IMG/VR virus record: IMGVR_UViG_3300021197_001448
Length of the DNA stretch: 64,000 bases
Origin: an uncultured virus (IMG/VR IMGVR_UViG_3300021197_001448)
Lineage: Duplodnaviria; Heunggongvirae; Uroviricota; Caudoviricetes
Strand: one strand, 5' to 3'
Made by a program: the position numbers and the translations under genes. The notes beneath the pieces were generated by a model, which was given only the letters and a program-made list of their open reading frames with translations, was not told the origin of the DNA and did not search any database. Shown here piece by piece: positions 8,821-17,711 of this stretch. Position 1 is the first letter of the stretch. Each line of letters starts with the position of its first letter.

Positions 8821-9260
8821 TGGCTGCTGAATATCAACTCATATCTGCTGAGAACATGGAATCATTCATGGTTTGCTTAGGATTCCAACAGGCAGAACCA
8901 GGCCATCCCTGCAAGGAAACGGTCTATGAAGCACCGTATGGCGATGGATTCCGAATTAGGGTCTATTCCACCATCGGTGAAGAATGGAGTCGTAAAGCGG
9001 GTGGCGATGCTATCCGTGTTATATGCGTTAATGAGCAAGGTCATGGCTTCCATTCGACTACACGTGTTCATCGAACTCAGAACTGGAGGCGTAATCTTCT
9101 GAACCGCATAAATTCGATTTACAAAGACGTTCCTAAGCCGACTGAATGTACGTGCGGTAATGGAATCCTTTTGCCAAAGAAAGGCCGTAACGGTGTGTTC
9201 TTGGGCTGTTCTGATTATCCTAATTGTCGGATCACACGGAACGTGGAGGTGGCTCAATGA
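8820..9260 (+). CDS. Protein with C-terminal topoisomerase-type C4 zinc finger
   Basis: CTCGNGILLPKKGRNGVFLGCSDYPNC fits the zf-C4_Topoisom pattern. Confidence 0.8.
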   Translation: MAAEYQLISAENMESFMVCLGFQQAEPGHPCKETVYEAPYGDGFRIRVYSTIGEEWSRKAGGDAIRVICVNEQGHGFHSTTRVHRTQNWRRNLLNRINSIYKDVPKPTECTCGNGILLPKKGRNGVFLGCSDYPNCRITRNVEVAQ

Positions 9261-9427
9261 GTATGGATTTACTGATTGGACTGGCAATAGCCTTCTTCCT
9301 GGTCGTGTTCATCTTTGTGTTGATCGAAAGGTTCTCAATGCTACATCGCTACGCTTCAACTCCCAACTGGGTGAATCCCAATCTTATCGAAGAGGAATCT
9401 CTCAATTATTTGAAGGAGGAAGAATAG
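9257..9427 (+). CDS. Small membrane protein
   Basis: N-terminal hydrophobic helix LLIGLAIAFFLVVFIFVLI; SD GGAGGTGG. Confidence 0.7.
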   Translation: MSMDLLIGLAIAFFLVVFIFVLIERFSMLHRYASTPNWVNPNLIEEESLNYLKEEE

Positions 9428-9428
9428 C

Positions 9429-9854
9429 ATGAAAGCAACAAAGAAACAACAGGACGAACTCAAAATTGAACACGGATTCTTAAACCGCTTTGACGGCAAA
9501 ATCTACTATGAAGGCGAGATCGTTCCAATTTACGAATACGATTCTGGAACTGCGTTTAATGGAAATGTAATCAAGATCATCCAACCAGGATTTGACGGAC
9601 TGGTGAAAATCAAGAAGTCCAAAACGAATGGTCAAAATGTTATTACGAGATATGATCAAATGATTCCTGAATCTGACATAGAAGAATGGATTGTTGAACC
9701 TATCTATCCCGATCCATCCGTGTATATTATTGCCCCTGAGCCTGTGGCCTGGAGGTGGCAGTATGCTATGGAAATGATTGTCAAGAGCAAGGCCATTGAA
9801 CAGGCTAATGTTGGCAAAGACGATGATGGTGAAGAGTTCCGTATGGAGGCTTGA
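9429..9854 (+). CDS. Hypothetical protein
   Basis: 141-aa ORF with SD. Confidence 0.7.
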   Translation: MKATKKQQDELKIEHGFLNRFDGKIYYEGEIVPIYEYDSGTAFNGNVIKIIQPGFDGLVKIKKSKTNGQNVITRYDQMIPESDIEEWIVEPIYPDPSVYIIAPEPVAWRWQYAMEMIVKSKAIEQANVGKDDDGEEFRMEA

Positions 9855-9859
9855 ACAAC

Positions 9860-10009
9860 ATGACTGTCCCATGCCACATATGCAAAAAAGCAATCACAGA
9901 ATCAACTCAAGGCTTTACAGGATTTGATTGGGTGAATGGTAAACTTAAGCATCTTTGTTCATACGATTGTCTGAGAGAGGATGGTCGAAGGACATTGAGT
10001 GAGGATTGA
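9860..10009 (+). CDS. 49-aa TRASH/MYM-like zinc-finger microprotein (not in ORF track)
   Basis: MTVPCHICKKAI...HLCSYDCL; fills the gap exactly. Confidence 0.65.
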   Translation: MTVPCHICKKAITESTQGFTGFDWVNGKLKHLCSYDCLREDGRRTLSED

Positions 10010-10036
10010 TAAGAAAGACATTGATACGTTTGGTTT

Positions 10037-11644
10037 ATGCAACCTGCTAACAACGCTCAACAACCTGTGTATATCATGCAAAAAGGAACTGAACAAACAA
10101 ACGGTTCAGCCGCACAAAGAAACAATATTCAAGCGGCTAAGGCCGTTGGTGCTGCAATCAAAACAACTCTCGGTCCATTGGGCATGGATAAAATGCTCAT
10201 TGATCCAGCAGGGAATGTCCTAATCACAAATGACGGTGTGTCGATTCTTAGAGAGATCGGGATTGAACACCCTGCGGCTAAGATGATCGTTGAAGTCGCT
10301 AAGACACAGGAAAGCCGTTGTTATGATGGTACTACATCTGCTGTTGTTCTATCTGGTGCTTTGCTCGAACAGGCTGAAAGACTTCTTGACAAAGGCATTC
10401 ACGCTACAACAATCTGCAAAGGCTATCGAATCGCCAAAGACTTTTGTTTAGATACTCTTGAAGATTTGTCTGAGATGGTAGGCAGTATGGTCGGAGATGA
10501 GCATGGCTTAACTCAAACCTTACTTTATTGGGGCGCATATAATTCATTGACAGGTAAATCAGCAGAAGGCATTCAAGATCATCTTGCGAGACTTGCTGAA
10601 CGAGTAGTAGTGAACGCAGATTCGATTGAGGATATTCGATATGTTTCTGCAAGTGGCACATCCGAAGAGGACACTTATGCCGTAGGAGGTATAGTGATCG
10701 AGCGAGATTTAGCAAGTCAAGTCATGAAAAGAACAATTGAGGATGCTAACATTCTTCTGTTAGACTGTGCTATTGAGCCGAAGAAAACCAGTCTTGATGC
10801 TCAAGTTCAAATTTCTAATCCTGCTCAAGTCGATGAGTTCCTTCGTCAAGAAGAAGAAGCGATTCGAGAGATGGTTGAATTGATTAAGCAATCTGGCGCA
10901 CAAGTGGTTTTGACACAGAAAAAGATTGACGATCTCGCTTTGCATTATCTAAAGAAATACGGAATATCGGCTGTTCATTCTGTAAAGAAATCCGACCTTG
11001 ATGCCGTTAGTAGAATCGCTAAAGCAAATGTAGTATCAAGCCTATCGAATCCGATTAGTGAAGGTGACATAGGAAAATGTTCTTTCCATGTTTCTGACAA
11101 ATTTGACCACGATTTGATATTGATTTCAAGCAATGATTCACCAATTCAATCTATCATAGCCTGTGGTGCTACAAAGCACGTTGCTGAGGAAATAGAAAGG
11201 GCGTTGGAGGATTGTGTAGGTATTGCATGGCTAATGAACCAGGACAACAAAATCGTTTTTGGAGGGGGCGCAACTCATGCTTATCTCCACAACGCATTGA
11301 ATTTTAGTTGCCGACCTGGAGGGCGTGTTCAAATGGCTGTCGATGCCTTTTCTGAGGCTCTACTGGATATACCATCTGCCATAGCAGAGAATGCAGGTCT
11401 TGATCCTGTCGATGAAATCCTCGATCTTGTTAGAGAGAGCGCAAACAACGATTTGGCATATTTTATCGACGTTGAAGATGATAGAAAAGGAATGTTAAGA
11501 AACAACGCTCTTGAACAATTCCTCGTTGAACCAAAGAAACTTCACACTCAAGCACTAACTTCTTCGACAGAAGCAGCGATTATGGTTCTGAGGATCGATG
11601 ATGTGATTCGCATGAATCCTTCACCACCAATGCCTCCAATGTGA
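10037..11644 (+). CDS. ths: Group II chaperonin (thermosome subunit)
   Basis: [57 protein letters not shown]. Confidence 0.96.
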   Translation: MQPANNAQQPVYIMQKGTEQTNGSAAQRNNIQAAKAVGAAIKTTLGPLGMDKMLIDPAGNVLITNDGVSILREIGIEHPAAKMIVEVAKTQESRCYDGTTSAVVLSGALLEQAERLLDKGIHATTICKGYRIAKDFCLDTLEDLSEMVGSMVGDEHGLTQTLLYWGAYNSLTGKSAEGIQDHLARLAERVVVNADSIEDIRYVSASGTSEEDTYAVGGIVIERDLASQVMKRTIEDANILLLDCAIEPKKTSLDAQVQISNPAQVDEFLRQEEEAIREMVELIKQSGAQVVLTQKKIDDLALHYLKKYGISAVHSVKKSDLDAVSRIAKANVVSSLSNPISEGDIGKCSFHVSDKFDHDLILISSNDSPIQSIIACGATKHVAEEIERALEDCVGIAWLMNQDNKIVFGGGATHAYLHNALNFSCRPGGRVQMAVDAFSEALLDIPSAIAENAGLDPVDEILDLVRESANNDLAYFIDVEDDRKGMLRNNALEQFLVEPKKLHTQALTSSTEAAIMVLRIDDVIRMNPSPPMPPM

Positions 11645-11677
11645 GCATTTAATATGGTTTTACTTCTCGTTAAATTT

Positions 11678-12019
11678 ATGGCGAGAACAAGCAGAGTCCG
11701 AGTGACTATAATCAAGATGTTGAAAGAGTTTGTAGAGTTAGATACAGGATCAATATATGAAAAATTAAATGATTCAAGAGGAACCTATGGTTCAAGACAT
11801 GGAGTGACTCAAGCAGCATTGAATAATGTATTGGGAAAAGAACCTGTGTTTGTCAAGTTGATCGACCAGAACTCTCATCACGCACCTCGAACTACAAGCC
11901 TATTAGGAGACTTATATCCCGTATGTTATTGGGGTCTTAATTATCAGTTGTTGGAGAAGCACTCTGAACTAAATCGAATAACCACTAACTCGTACAGATT
12001 ACAAACTCAATCAAAGTAA
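11678..12019 (+). CDS. DUF3860-like winged-helix protein
   Basis: RTSRVRVTIIKML..RHGVTQAALNNVLGKE..YPVCYW resembles the Thermoplasmata DUF3860 pattern (from memory); TTTAATA 30 nt upstream. Confidence 0.6.
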   Translation: MARTSRVRVTIIKMLKEFVELDTGSIYEKLNDSRGTYGSRHGVTQAALNNVLGKEPVFVKLIDQNSHHAPRTTSLLGDLYPVCYWGLNYQLLEKHSELNRITTNSYRLQTQSK

Positions 12020-12035
12020 TCTTCATATACCCTGC
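12011..12035 (+). promoter_or_regulatory. Putative early promoter
   Basis: 22/25 identical to 983-1007; upstream of 12078. Confidence 0.6.
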
Positions 12036-12077
12036 TCTATGTGGACGTTATGTCCCTGAGAGACATGAGGTAAAAAT

Positions 12078-13925
12078 ATGAGTAGAAAAATAGTAGAAGA
12101 AGCAGTTGCAGAATTAGACCCCGAAGCATTAACCCCCGATCTTGGTGCAACATTGAAGATGTTGGGCGAAGTATTGGTAAAGAAATGGCATTCCACTAAC
12201 GGAATATTCCTCAGTTCCGATGAACGCAAAAGTCGTGGCAAAGTGCCACAGGCTGAGGTTGAGAAGTCCGATATTCAAATCCGTCAAGGTGACTGGCTTT
12301 ACACAATCGTTCCTTGTGATGAGGATAAAGCGATGGTTTCCATTCCTGTTGGTTTGTCTGACAAAGTAACTCCTGCGACCATTCCGAAGGATTGGGTGAT
12401 TGGTTTCCTGGTTGATGCAATTATTGAACTATGTGAGGGCGATGACTACGTTGCTCGTTACTGGTTGAACATGATGAACAATCAAATCAATCATGCTATG
12501 CAAGTTGATCCTAAATCGGGTCGCATGAAGATCGACCAAAAGTTGCTTCCAGAAGTTCGTAACCCAGTAGAGGTTGCAGAGATGGTTGATTCGCTTCGAC
12601 GTTCTTTCAAAAGCGTGTCGAACCCATCCACCAAAACCAACTTCACATTTACTGCTACACGTCTTGAAGAGATTGTATCAGAACCTGTCGTTGAAGAAAC
12701 ACACAACGCAACAGAACACCTCATCGCACTTGCCGATGAGATTTCAAATTCCACACCTAAAGAGGATAAGGAGGTTGGCGGGGAATCTATGCCCTTTACC
12801 GATCCGAGTCCTGCTTCTGACGAGACTGTTCACTCCGCTACGGTCTGCGAATCAGAAGAAGTGGTGGCCGTTGTTGCCGACCCAACGCCACCTGTGGATG
12901 AAATCAAATACTCTGAACGCATTGCTGAGGAAAATGAGATCGAGGAAGAGAACCCACACAATTTCAAGAAGCAACCTGTGGCCTGGATTAAGCATCAACT
13001 GGCTGCTGATTACTTCAATGCTGAAATCACTATCAAGGATGTTGCAGAACTCGCAGGTTGCCACGTGCAAACCATCAAGCGAGCATTAGAACAATTCGAG
13101 GCTCAGGCTGAGTTCTTAGAAAGAACACCACATGAGGATGGAAATTACTACCATACGTGGACTGAACTCGGATTCACCCTCAATGACACCCACCGCCTTC
13201 TAATCACCTGTGAGCGTTCCCAAACGGGTCGTTTTGCACGTGGCCGACCAATCCGCTTCATTATCAAGCCGAAAGAGGATTTGCCCTTCGATGAATCTGA
13301 TAACATGAAACAAATGGTGTCGGACTTAGAATACGAATCTTCCCTTACTGTTCAATCCATTGTAGATTATCACAACGATGAAGAGGACTTTCCAATCGAA
13401 GCATTAGAGGATAGTCCACCGACTATTAGCGTGGCCGATATAACCGATCCAAGACTAAGCCCTTGTCCTGATTGTGGAATATTGACAATTGCATCGGATG
13501 TTCCAAAAGATGCTCCCGACTTTATCTGCCTACGCTGTCATGAGGCTCGCATGGATGAGGATGAAGCATGGTACGAAGAAACAAAAGAGCGTTCAGCGCG
13601 ACGTGCAATCTATGAGGCTAAACCTGTCGAGGGAGATACACCCATCACAGAATTTTTTAATGCAGAAATTCCCACGCACATTCCAATTGACACCCCTGTT
13701 GTAGCCATTGAAGGAAAGACTGGGCGTTGTGTTGTTTCAGCCGATCCTGGTAAGTTCATTGCCCTAACCGCCATTGGCGAGCGTTGGTTTGCATCTGAAC
13801 AGCATTGGGCAGAATACACAGGCAATCCAGTAATGCCCGAAGGCCACTATGGACTTCAAGCAGCGCATGATGAAGAGAAGGCTTTGGAAGAGGAATACGA
13901 CTTTGATCGAGCAATGGGGTTGTAA
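12078..13925 (+). CDS. Large acidic multidomain protein with internal HTH and zinc finger
   Basis: ITIKDVAELAGCHVQTIKRAL (HTH); CPDCG..CLRC. Confidence 0.75.
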   Translation: MSRKIVEEAVAELDPEALTPDLGATLKMLGEVLVKKWHSTNGIFLSSDERKSRGKVPQAEVEKSDIQIRQGDWLYTIVPCDEDKAMVSIPVGLSDKVTPATIPKDWVIGFLVDAIIELCEGDDYVARYWLNMMNNQINHAMQVDPKSGRMKIDQKLLPEVRNPVEVAEMVDSLRRSFKSVSNPSTKTNFTFTATRLEEIVSEPVVEETHNATEHLIALADEISNSTPKEDKEVGGESMPFTDPSPASDETVHSATVCESEEVVAVVADPTPPVDEIKYSERIAEENEIEEENPHNFKKQPVAWIKHQLAADYFNAEITIKDVAELAGCHVQTIKRALEQFEAQAEFLERTPHEDGNYYHTWTELGFTLNDTHRLLITCERSQTGRFARGRPIRFIIKPKEDLPFDESDNMKQMVSDLEYESSLTVQSIVDYHNDEEDFPIEALEDSPPTISVADITDPRLSPCPDCGILTIASDVPKDAPDFICLRCHEARMDEDEAWYEETKERSARRAIYEAKPVEGDTPITEFFNAEIPTHIPIDTPVVAIEGKTGRCVVSADPGKFIALTAIGERWFASEQHWAEYTGNPVMPEGHYGLQAAHDEEKALEEEYDFDRAMGL

Positions 13926-13927
13926 GC

Positions 13928-14275
13928 ATGAGCGACGATCTTCCCAAAATAGGTAGCCGATGGCGAGAGCGACAATGGATGAAAGGTCGTTGGGATTATG
14001 CAAAAAATCGTCATGTCGGAAAATATGGGTATGCCCCAAACCGTATGTCAAATCATGTGATCCAGATTCTTTGCATCAATCCTTACATTACCCCTCTATG
14101 GGAAAAGGCACTTGAGGAAGGAAGGCATCCTAAAGAAGATCTTCCAAACATTGTTTATGTTGTCGTTGAGGGGAACAAGAACAACAACCCAAACAAGCCA
14201 TACGGACTCGGCTATGTTTCGTATTTGAGCCTTAACAAATTGAAGGAAGCATACCGTGAAGAGGTGAGCGAATGA
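13928..14275 (+). CDS. Hypothetical protein
   Basis: ORF in a tight operon. Confidence 0.7.
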   Translation: MSDDLPKIGSRWRERQWMKGRWDYAKNRHVGKYGYAPNRMSNHVIQILCINPYITPLWEKALEEGRHPKEDLPNIVYVVVEGNKNNNPNKPYGLGYVSYLSLNKLKEAYREEVSE

Positions 14276-14556
14276 GTAGGCCAAAACAAAATGGTGGTCC
14301 GAAAACAACTGTTTTCCATAAGAAGCCAAAGTCTCGTTCTGCCCCCAGTAAAATATGGACTACGATCCATTCAGTCTATGGGCAACCGCCTTCATGGATG
14401 AGGATGATACCTGCAAGAAGATGGTTCGAGAACCAAGAAGGAGAGAGACAATTTACTAACACTTCTCGTTGGGAAGTGTCTTTTGATGAAGAAGGAAAAG
14501 AATTATTGATTCTAACAGGTCCCGCTAAAGATGTGCTTCAAAGGTTGAGGGGATAA
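14272..14556 (+). CDS. Hypothetical basic protein
   Basis: SD GAGGTGA, ATGA coupling. Confidence 0.7.
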   Translation: MSRPKQNGGPKTTVFHKKPKSRSAPSKIWTTIHSVYGQPPSWMRMIPARRWFENQEGERQFTNTSRWEVSFDEEGKELLILTGPAKDVLQRLRG

Positions 14557-14557
14557 T

Positions 14558-15205
14558 ATGGCCTCGCTCGTTGAATTTCCAAAAGCCCCACAATCGCCTA
14601 TTATAGTTTCATTTATGCGTTGCAGGGAGTCTAAATGGCCGTTCTGCGGATCATTTGAATCCAGGCCACGAAAGGATGAGGTAATCGCTTTCATTCCATA
14701 CCTTGACCTGCCTCACTATGTTTTGGATGAGGAAAAAGGAATTGCTTTTATCAGTGAAGGAGGATTTCGAGGATGGATAGCGAAAGATGATGTGTCGGCT
14801 GCTTTCGATATGATGACCCCTCAACATGAGGATTGTCAAATCTTCTTTCCATTGTTTGAGAATCAGGGATGGGAAGCAACCCCGATCCTTTGGTCTGCAA
14901 TAGACTGGGAACAACATTTCAGATTGAGAACTGACGATAACGAATATGACTTGACACCAGGATCATTCTTTTCAGAATGTGATCTTGTTACAGAATGCCA
15001 ATGGTGCGGCCATCCTATGATGAACGATGACAGAAAGAATCGCATTAAAAGCAAAGATACTCTATTCAAAGAAACAGAATGTGAAGCCTGTAAATGGTCG
15101 GAAAAGGATGAAGAAGAAGATCGTAAGAAAAGGGCTTATGTTCCTGTGATTAAATTCGATGAAAACAAATCTACATCGTCTTTTTTAGGTGAAGAGTGGG
15201 AGTGA
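14558..15205 (+). CDS. Hypothetical protein with zinc ribbon
   Basis: CQWCG..CEAC. Confidence 0.7.
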   Translation: MASLVEFPKAPQSPIIVSFMRCRESKWPFCGSFESRPRKDEVIAFIPYLDLPHYVLDEEKGIAFISEGGFRGWIAKDDVSAAFDMMTPQHEDCQIFFPLFENQGWEATPILWSAIDWEQHFRLRTDDNEYDLTPGSFFSECDLVTECQWCGHPMMNDDRKNRIKSKDTLFKETECEACKWSEKDEEEDRKKRAYVPVIKFDENKSTSSFLGEEWE

Positions 15206-15210
15206 TTCTG

Positions 15211-15396
15211 ATGAATAAGAAAAGCATTGATCCAATTCTAAACATGAAGTGTCGATACGGACACGTTACTAAGTGCAAGGGCAACGCAGAGATGGTGAAC
15301 AAATGGAACATTCCCATGTGCGAACCTTGCCATTATTTATGGTTGAAACGCAAGCATATGCGATATAGAACACTAACTGGCATGAGGGAGAGGTGA
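15211..15396 (+). CDS. Small Cys-containing hypothetical protein
   Basis: SD GGAGTGA; C..C..CEPC. Confidence 0.6.
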   Translation: MNKKSIDPILNMKCRYGHVTKCKGNAEMVNKWNIPMCEPCHYLWLKRKHMRYRTLTGMRER

Positions 15397-15398
15397 AA

Positions 15399-15665
15399 AT
15401 GACTTCTCAAGCCCCTATACCTACTCTCGAAATACCTGAGATAAGACCAAGAAAACCATCAGCCAAAATATCTAAGATTTGGAAATGTGGTCATGAAGTA
15501 AGTGTTGATTGGGTGATCGACGGTTTCCGATATTGCCCGTATTGTGGCAGTAAATATCCTAAAAACAAAATCAATTTGATTGCTCGGTGGATTGCTTATC
15601 AGAGATGGCACATAGCCTATCATCGCTATGCAGTACCTCCATCTGAGTTGATGAAGGATGAGTGA
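15399..15665 (+). CDS. Zinc-ribbon protein
   Basis: SD GAGGTGA; CGH..CPYCG. Confidence 0.65.
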   Translation: MTSQAPIPTLEIPEIRPRKPSAKISKIWKCGHEVSVDWVIDGFRYCPYCGSKYPKNKINLIARWIAYQRWHIAYHRYAVPPSELMKDE

Positions 15666-15678
15666 GGCTTTAAGACCC
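15661..15678 (+). promoter_or_regulatory. Putative promoter AGTGAGGCTTTAAGACCC
   Basis: 18-nt exact match to 19647-19664; TTTAAG starts 30 nt before ATG 15699. Confidence 0.65.
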
Positions 15679-15698
15679 TAACGCCTTTGGGTTATTCT

Positions 15699-15962
15699 AT
15701 GTGGTGGCTATTCCGTAGAGGGAATCCAGAGGAAAGAATTCGTATTCGCAACGAAAACGAATCATTTCAAACTCCGTATAAGGAATTACTGGTTGAACTA
15801 TTTGCTGATCGAGGAATGCTTCTTGGAAGTAAAAATTACAATTCGATGACTGGCGTAGAAAGATACGATGTCCTAAATGAAATTGATACTCGAATACTGA
15901 ACGTAAAAGAAAGAATGGAAAAGGAGGATGAGAGATGCAAACAGAATTTGAAGTCATCATGA
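15699..15962 (+). CDS. Hypothetical protein
   Basis: ORF downstream of the promoter motif. Confidence 0.6.
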   Translation: MWWLFRRGNPEERIRIRNENESFQTPYKELLVELFADRGMLLGSKNYNSMTGVERYDVLNEIDTRILNVKERMEKEDERCKQNLKSS

Positions 15963-16249
15963 ACACAGAAGATGAAGGAATGTTCATCCTGGTTGATAAC
16001 CAACCAAACATTGTCATCTCCCCTCCAGATAAAGCAGGATGGCGAGAAATCTTGATCGGCATTCACCAAAGCATATACGCTAAACCGATATTGAAGGATG
16101 CTGAGGAATACATTTTCAACAAATTAAAATTGAGTAGGAACAACAGTATGAGGAATTGGCGTTGGGCATGGATCCACACCGATGAAAGCGGTATGAAATT
16201 TTACACTACAAACGTGAGGAATACGCCACAGGTCGGTGAAGAAGAGTGA
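15935..16249 (+). CDS. Hypothetical protein
   Basis: SD GGAGG. Confidence 0.65.
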   Translation: MQTEFEVIMNTEDEGMFILVDNQPNIVISPPDKAGWREILIGIHQSIYAKPILKDAEEYIFNKLKLSRNNSMRNWRWAWIHTDESGMKFYTTNVRNTPQVGEEE

Positions 16250-16368
16250 GGCTCTTTGGAAGATCTTGCATCCGTAAAGGGTGTTCTAAACCTGCTGCAT
16301 CTGGATTTAGATTCTGTTCAACTTGGTTAAAGACAAGGAAATGTGTTTTGAAGGAAGAGGAAGAATGA
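16246..16368 (+). CDS. 40-aa Cys-rich microprotein (not in ORF track)
   Basis: MRLFGRSCIRKGCSKPAASGFRFCSTWLKTRKCVLKEEEE; GTGA and ATGA overlaps at the two ends. Confidence 0.6.
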   Translation: MRLFGRSCIRKGCSKPAASGFRFCSTWLKTRKCVLKEEEE

Positions 16369-16550
16369 CCGAACTAAAACAGAAAGAAGTTGTAGTCAAA
16401 TGTAAGTGTCCCGATTGCGGCCATAAGACTATGATTGAGAGAGAAGGAACTCGATTTGACATATTTACTGGGCAAGATCGTAAAACATTACAATGCCCAC
16501 AATGTAGGAGGTGGATTTATGACGAGCGAGATGCCGATAGCAACGAATAA
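16365..16550 (+). CDS. Zinc-ribbon microprotein
   Basis: CPDCG..CPQC. Confidence 0.65.
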   Translation: MTELKQKEVVVKCKCPDCGHKTMIEREGTRFDIFTGQDRKTLQCPQCRRWIYDERDADSNE

Positions 16551-17049
16551 AGATATTGAATGGGCGTACTATTTGTGGAACTCCCTTGCGTTAGGTGAAG
16601 GGCGTTGGGTTCTTCCAAACGTAGGGGCTTACATCAGAACAGGAGTTAAGCAATTGACCCTTCGAGAGATACACTTCTCAAAACCGCATGATAATGAGTT
16701 TGGAACATCGGTATTTGATAACCACCATTGGATTATGGCACTTGCAGACAATATAGGGTGGGAGATTCAAGAGGAAGTGAAAACTGCTACTGACACGGAA
16801 GGAGAGATAAATGTTCCAGAAGATTTAATTGGAACTGTATCTGTTTGTGCTGATCGTTGTGGGGCTGTATTTAGAGTTGAAGAAATCAATTACTCTCAGC
16901 AATATATCAAGATTCAAGATGATTTAATCTGCCCCTGTTGTGGCGGTGAACATTGCGTCGATCCAATTCTAAAAGGCGTTCACATAGTTTTAGATGATCG
17001 GGCTTATGAAATCAATCAGCGAAAGAAAGAAATCCGAGAGGAAGAGTAG
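16519..17049 (+). CDS. Hypothetical protein with C-terminal zinc ribbon
   Basis: SD GGAGGTGG; CADRCG..CPCCG. Confidence 0.7.
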   Translation: MTSEMPIATNKDIEWAYYLWNSLALGEGRWVLPNVGAYIRTGVKQLTLREIHFSKPHDNEFGTSVFDNHHWIMALADNIGWEIQEEVKTATDTEGEINVPEDLIGTVSVCADRCGAVFRVEEINYSQQYIKIQDDLICPCCGGEHCVDPILKGVHIVLDDRAYEINQRKKEIREEE

Positions 17050-17343
17050 ATGGCAGATGACAAGGATTTCAATACGAGAGTGTTTGGTGTAGTCGAAACA
17101 CAATTCACACCTGGATTTGAACTTCACGTGATGACAAGCGAGGCTTACAATTCAAGAGTATTGAACCTGCGGTTGAATAGAGTGATCCCTTCAATACGTG
17201 GATATACTGGCTATACGAAGCAAGGTTTTATGCTGTCAAGAGATGAAGCGAGATTGCTTCTTGACAAGTTAGTTGAAGTGATTCACGATGATGAAGCATG
17301 GGAAGATGAACCTGATGAATTTGTGGTGATGGATGATGACTAA
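17050..17343 (+). CDS. PC4/YdbC-like ssDNA-binding protein or transcription coactivator
   Basis: ELHV..SE..NSRVLNLR..YTKQGFMLSRDEARLL pattern with an acidic tail. Confidence 0.6.
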   Translation: MADDKDFNTRVFGVVETQFTPGFELHVMTSEAYNSRVLNLRLNRVIPSIRGYTGYTKQGFMLSRDEARLLLDKLVEVIHDDEAWEDEPDEFVVMDDD

Positions 17344-17707
17344 GATTGAGCGTTGGCAAGAGCATCACAAAGAAGTTATGGAACAAATGATTTCTGCTTT
17401 AGATTTGCCAACCGAATCATTACCATACGTGTTTGATCTGTGGAATAGAACTCGTATGAAAGCACCAAGAGTTCCTAAGTCATTGATTGTCGATTGTGTT
17501 TACATAATTGCCCACATGACAGGCAATAGGCGTTCAATTCGAGATGTGAAAGATGCGGCATTTATAGTCATCAATAGAAGAACGAGGCCGTTAAGTCAAG
17601 ATCGAAGATTAGGAAAAGAACTTTGGATTAGAACCGATTGGGCTAAGGCAATTATACTCAGCATAATTCCTGATGAAGATTCATTAGATGATCTATTAGA
17701 TAGGTGA
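17336..17707 (+). CDS. TFB/TFIIB-like protein, single cyclin repeat
   Basis: MISALDLP..VFDLW..RVPKSLIVDCVYIIAHMTGNRRSIRDV matches TFIIB repeat spacing; no Zn ribbon. Confidence 0.65.
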   Translation: MTKIERWQEHHKEVMEQMISALDLPTESLPYVFDLWNRTRMKAPRVPKSLIVDCVYIIAHMTGNRRSIRDVKDAAFIVINRRTRPLSQDRRLGKELWIRTDWAKAIILSIIPDEDSLDDLLDR

Positions 17708-17711
17708 TGTT

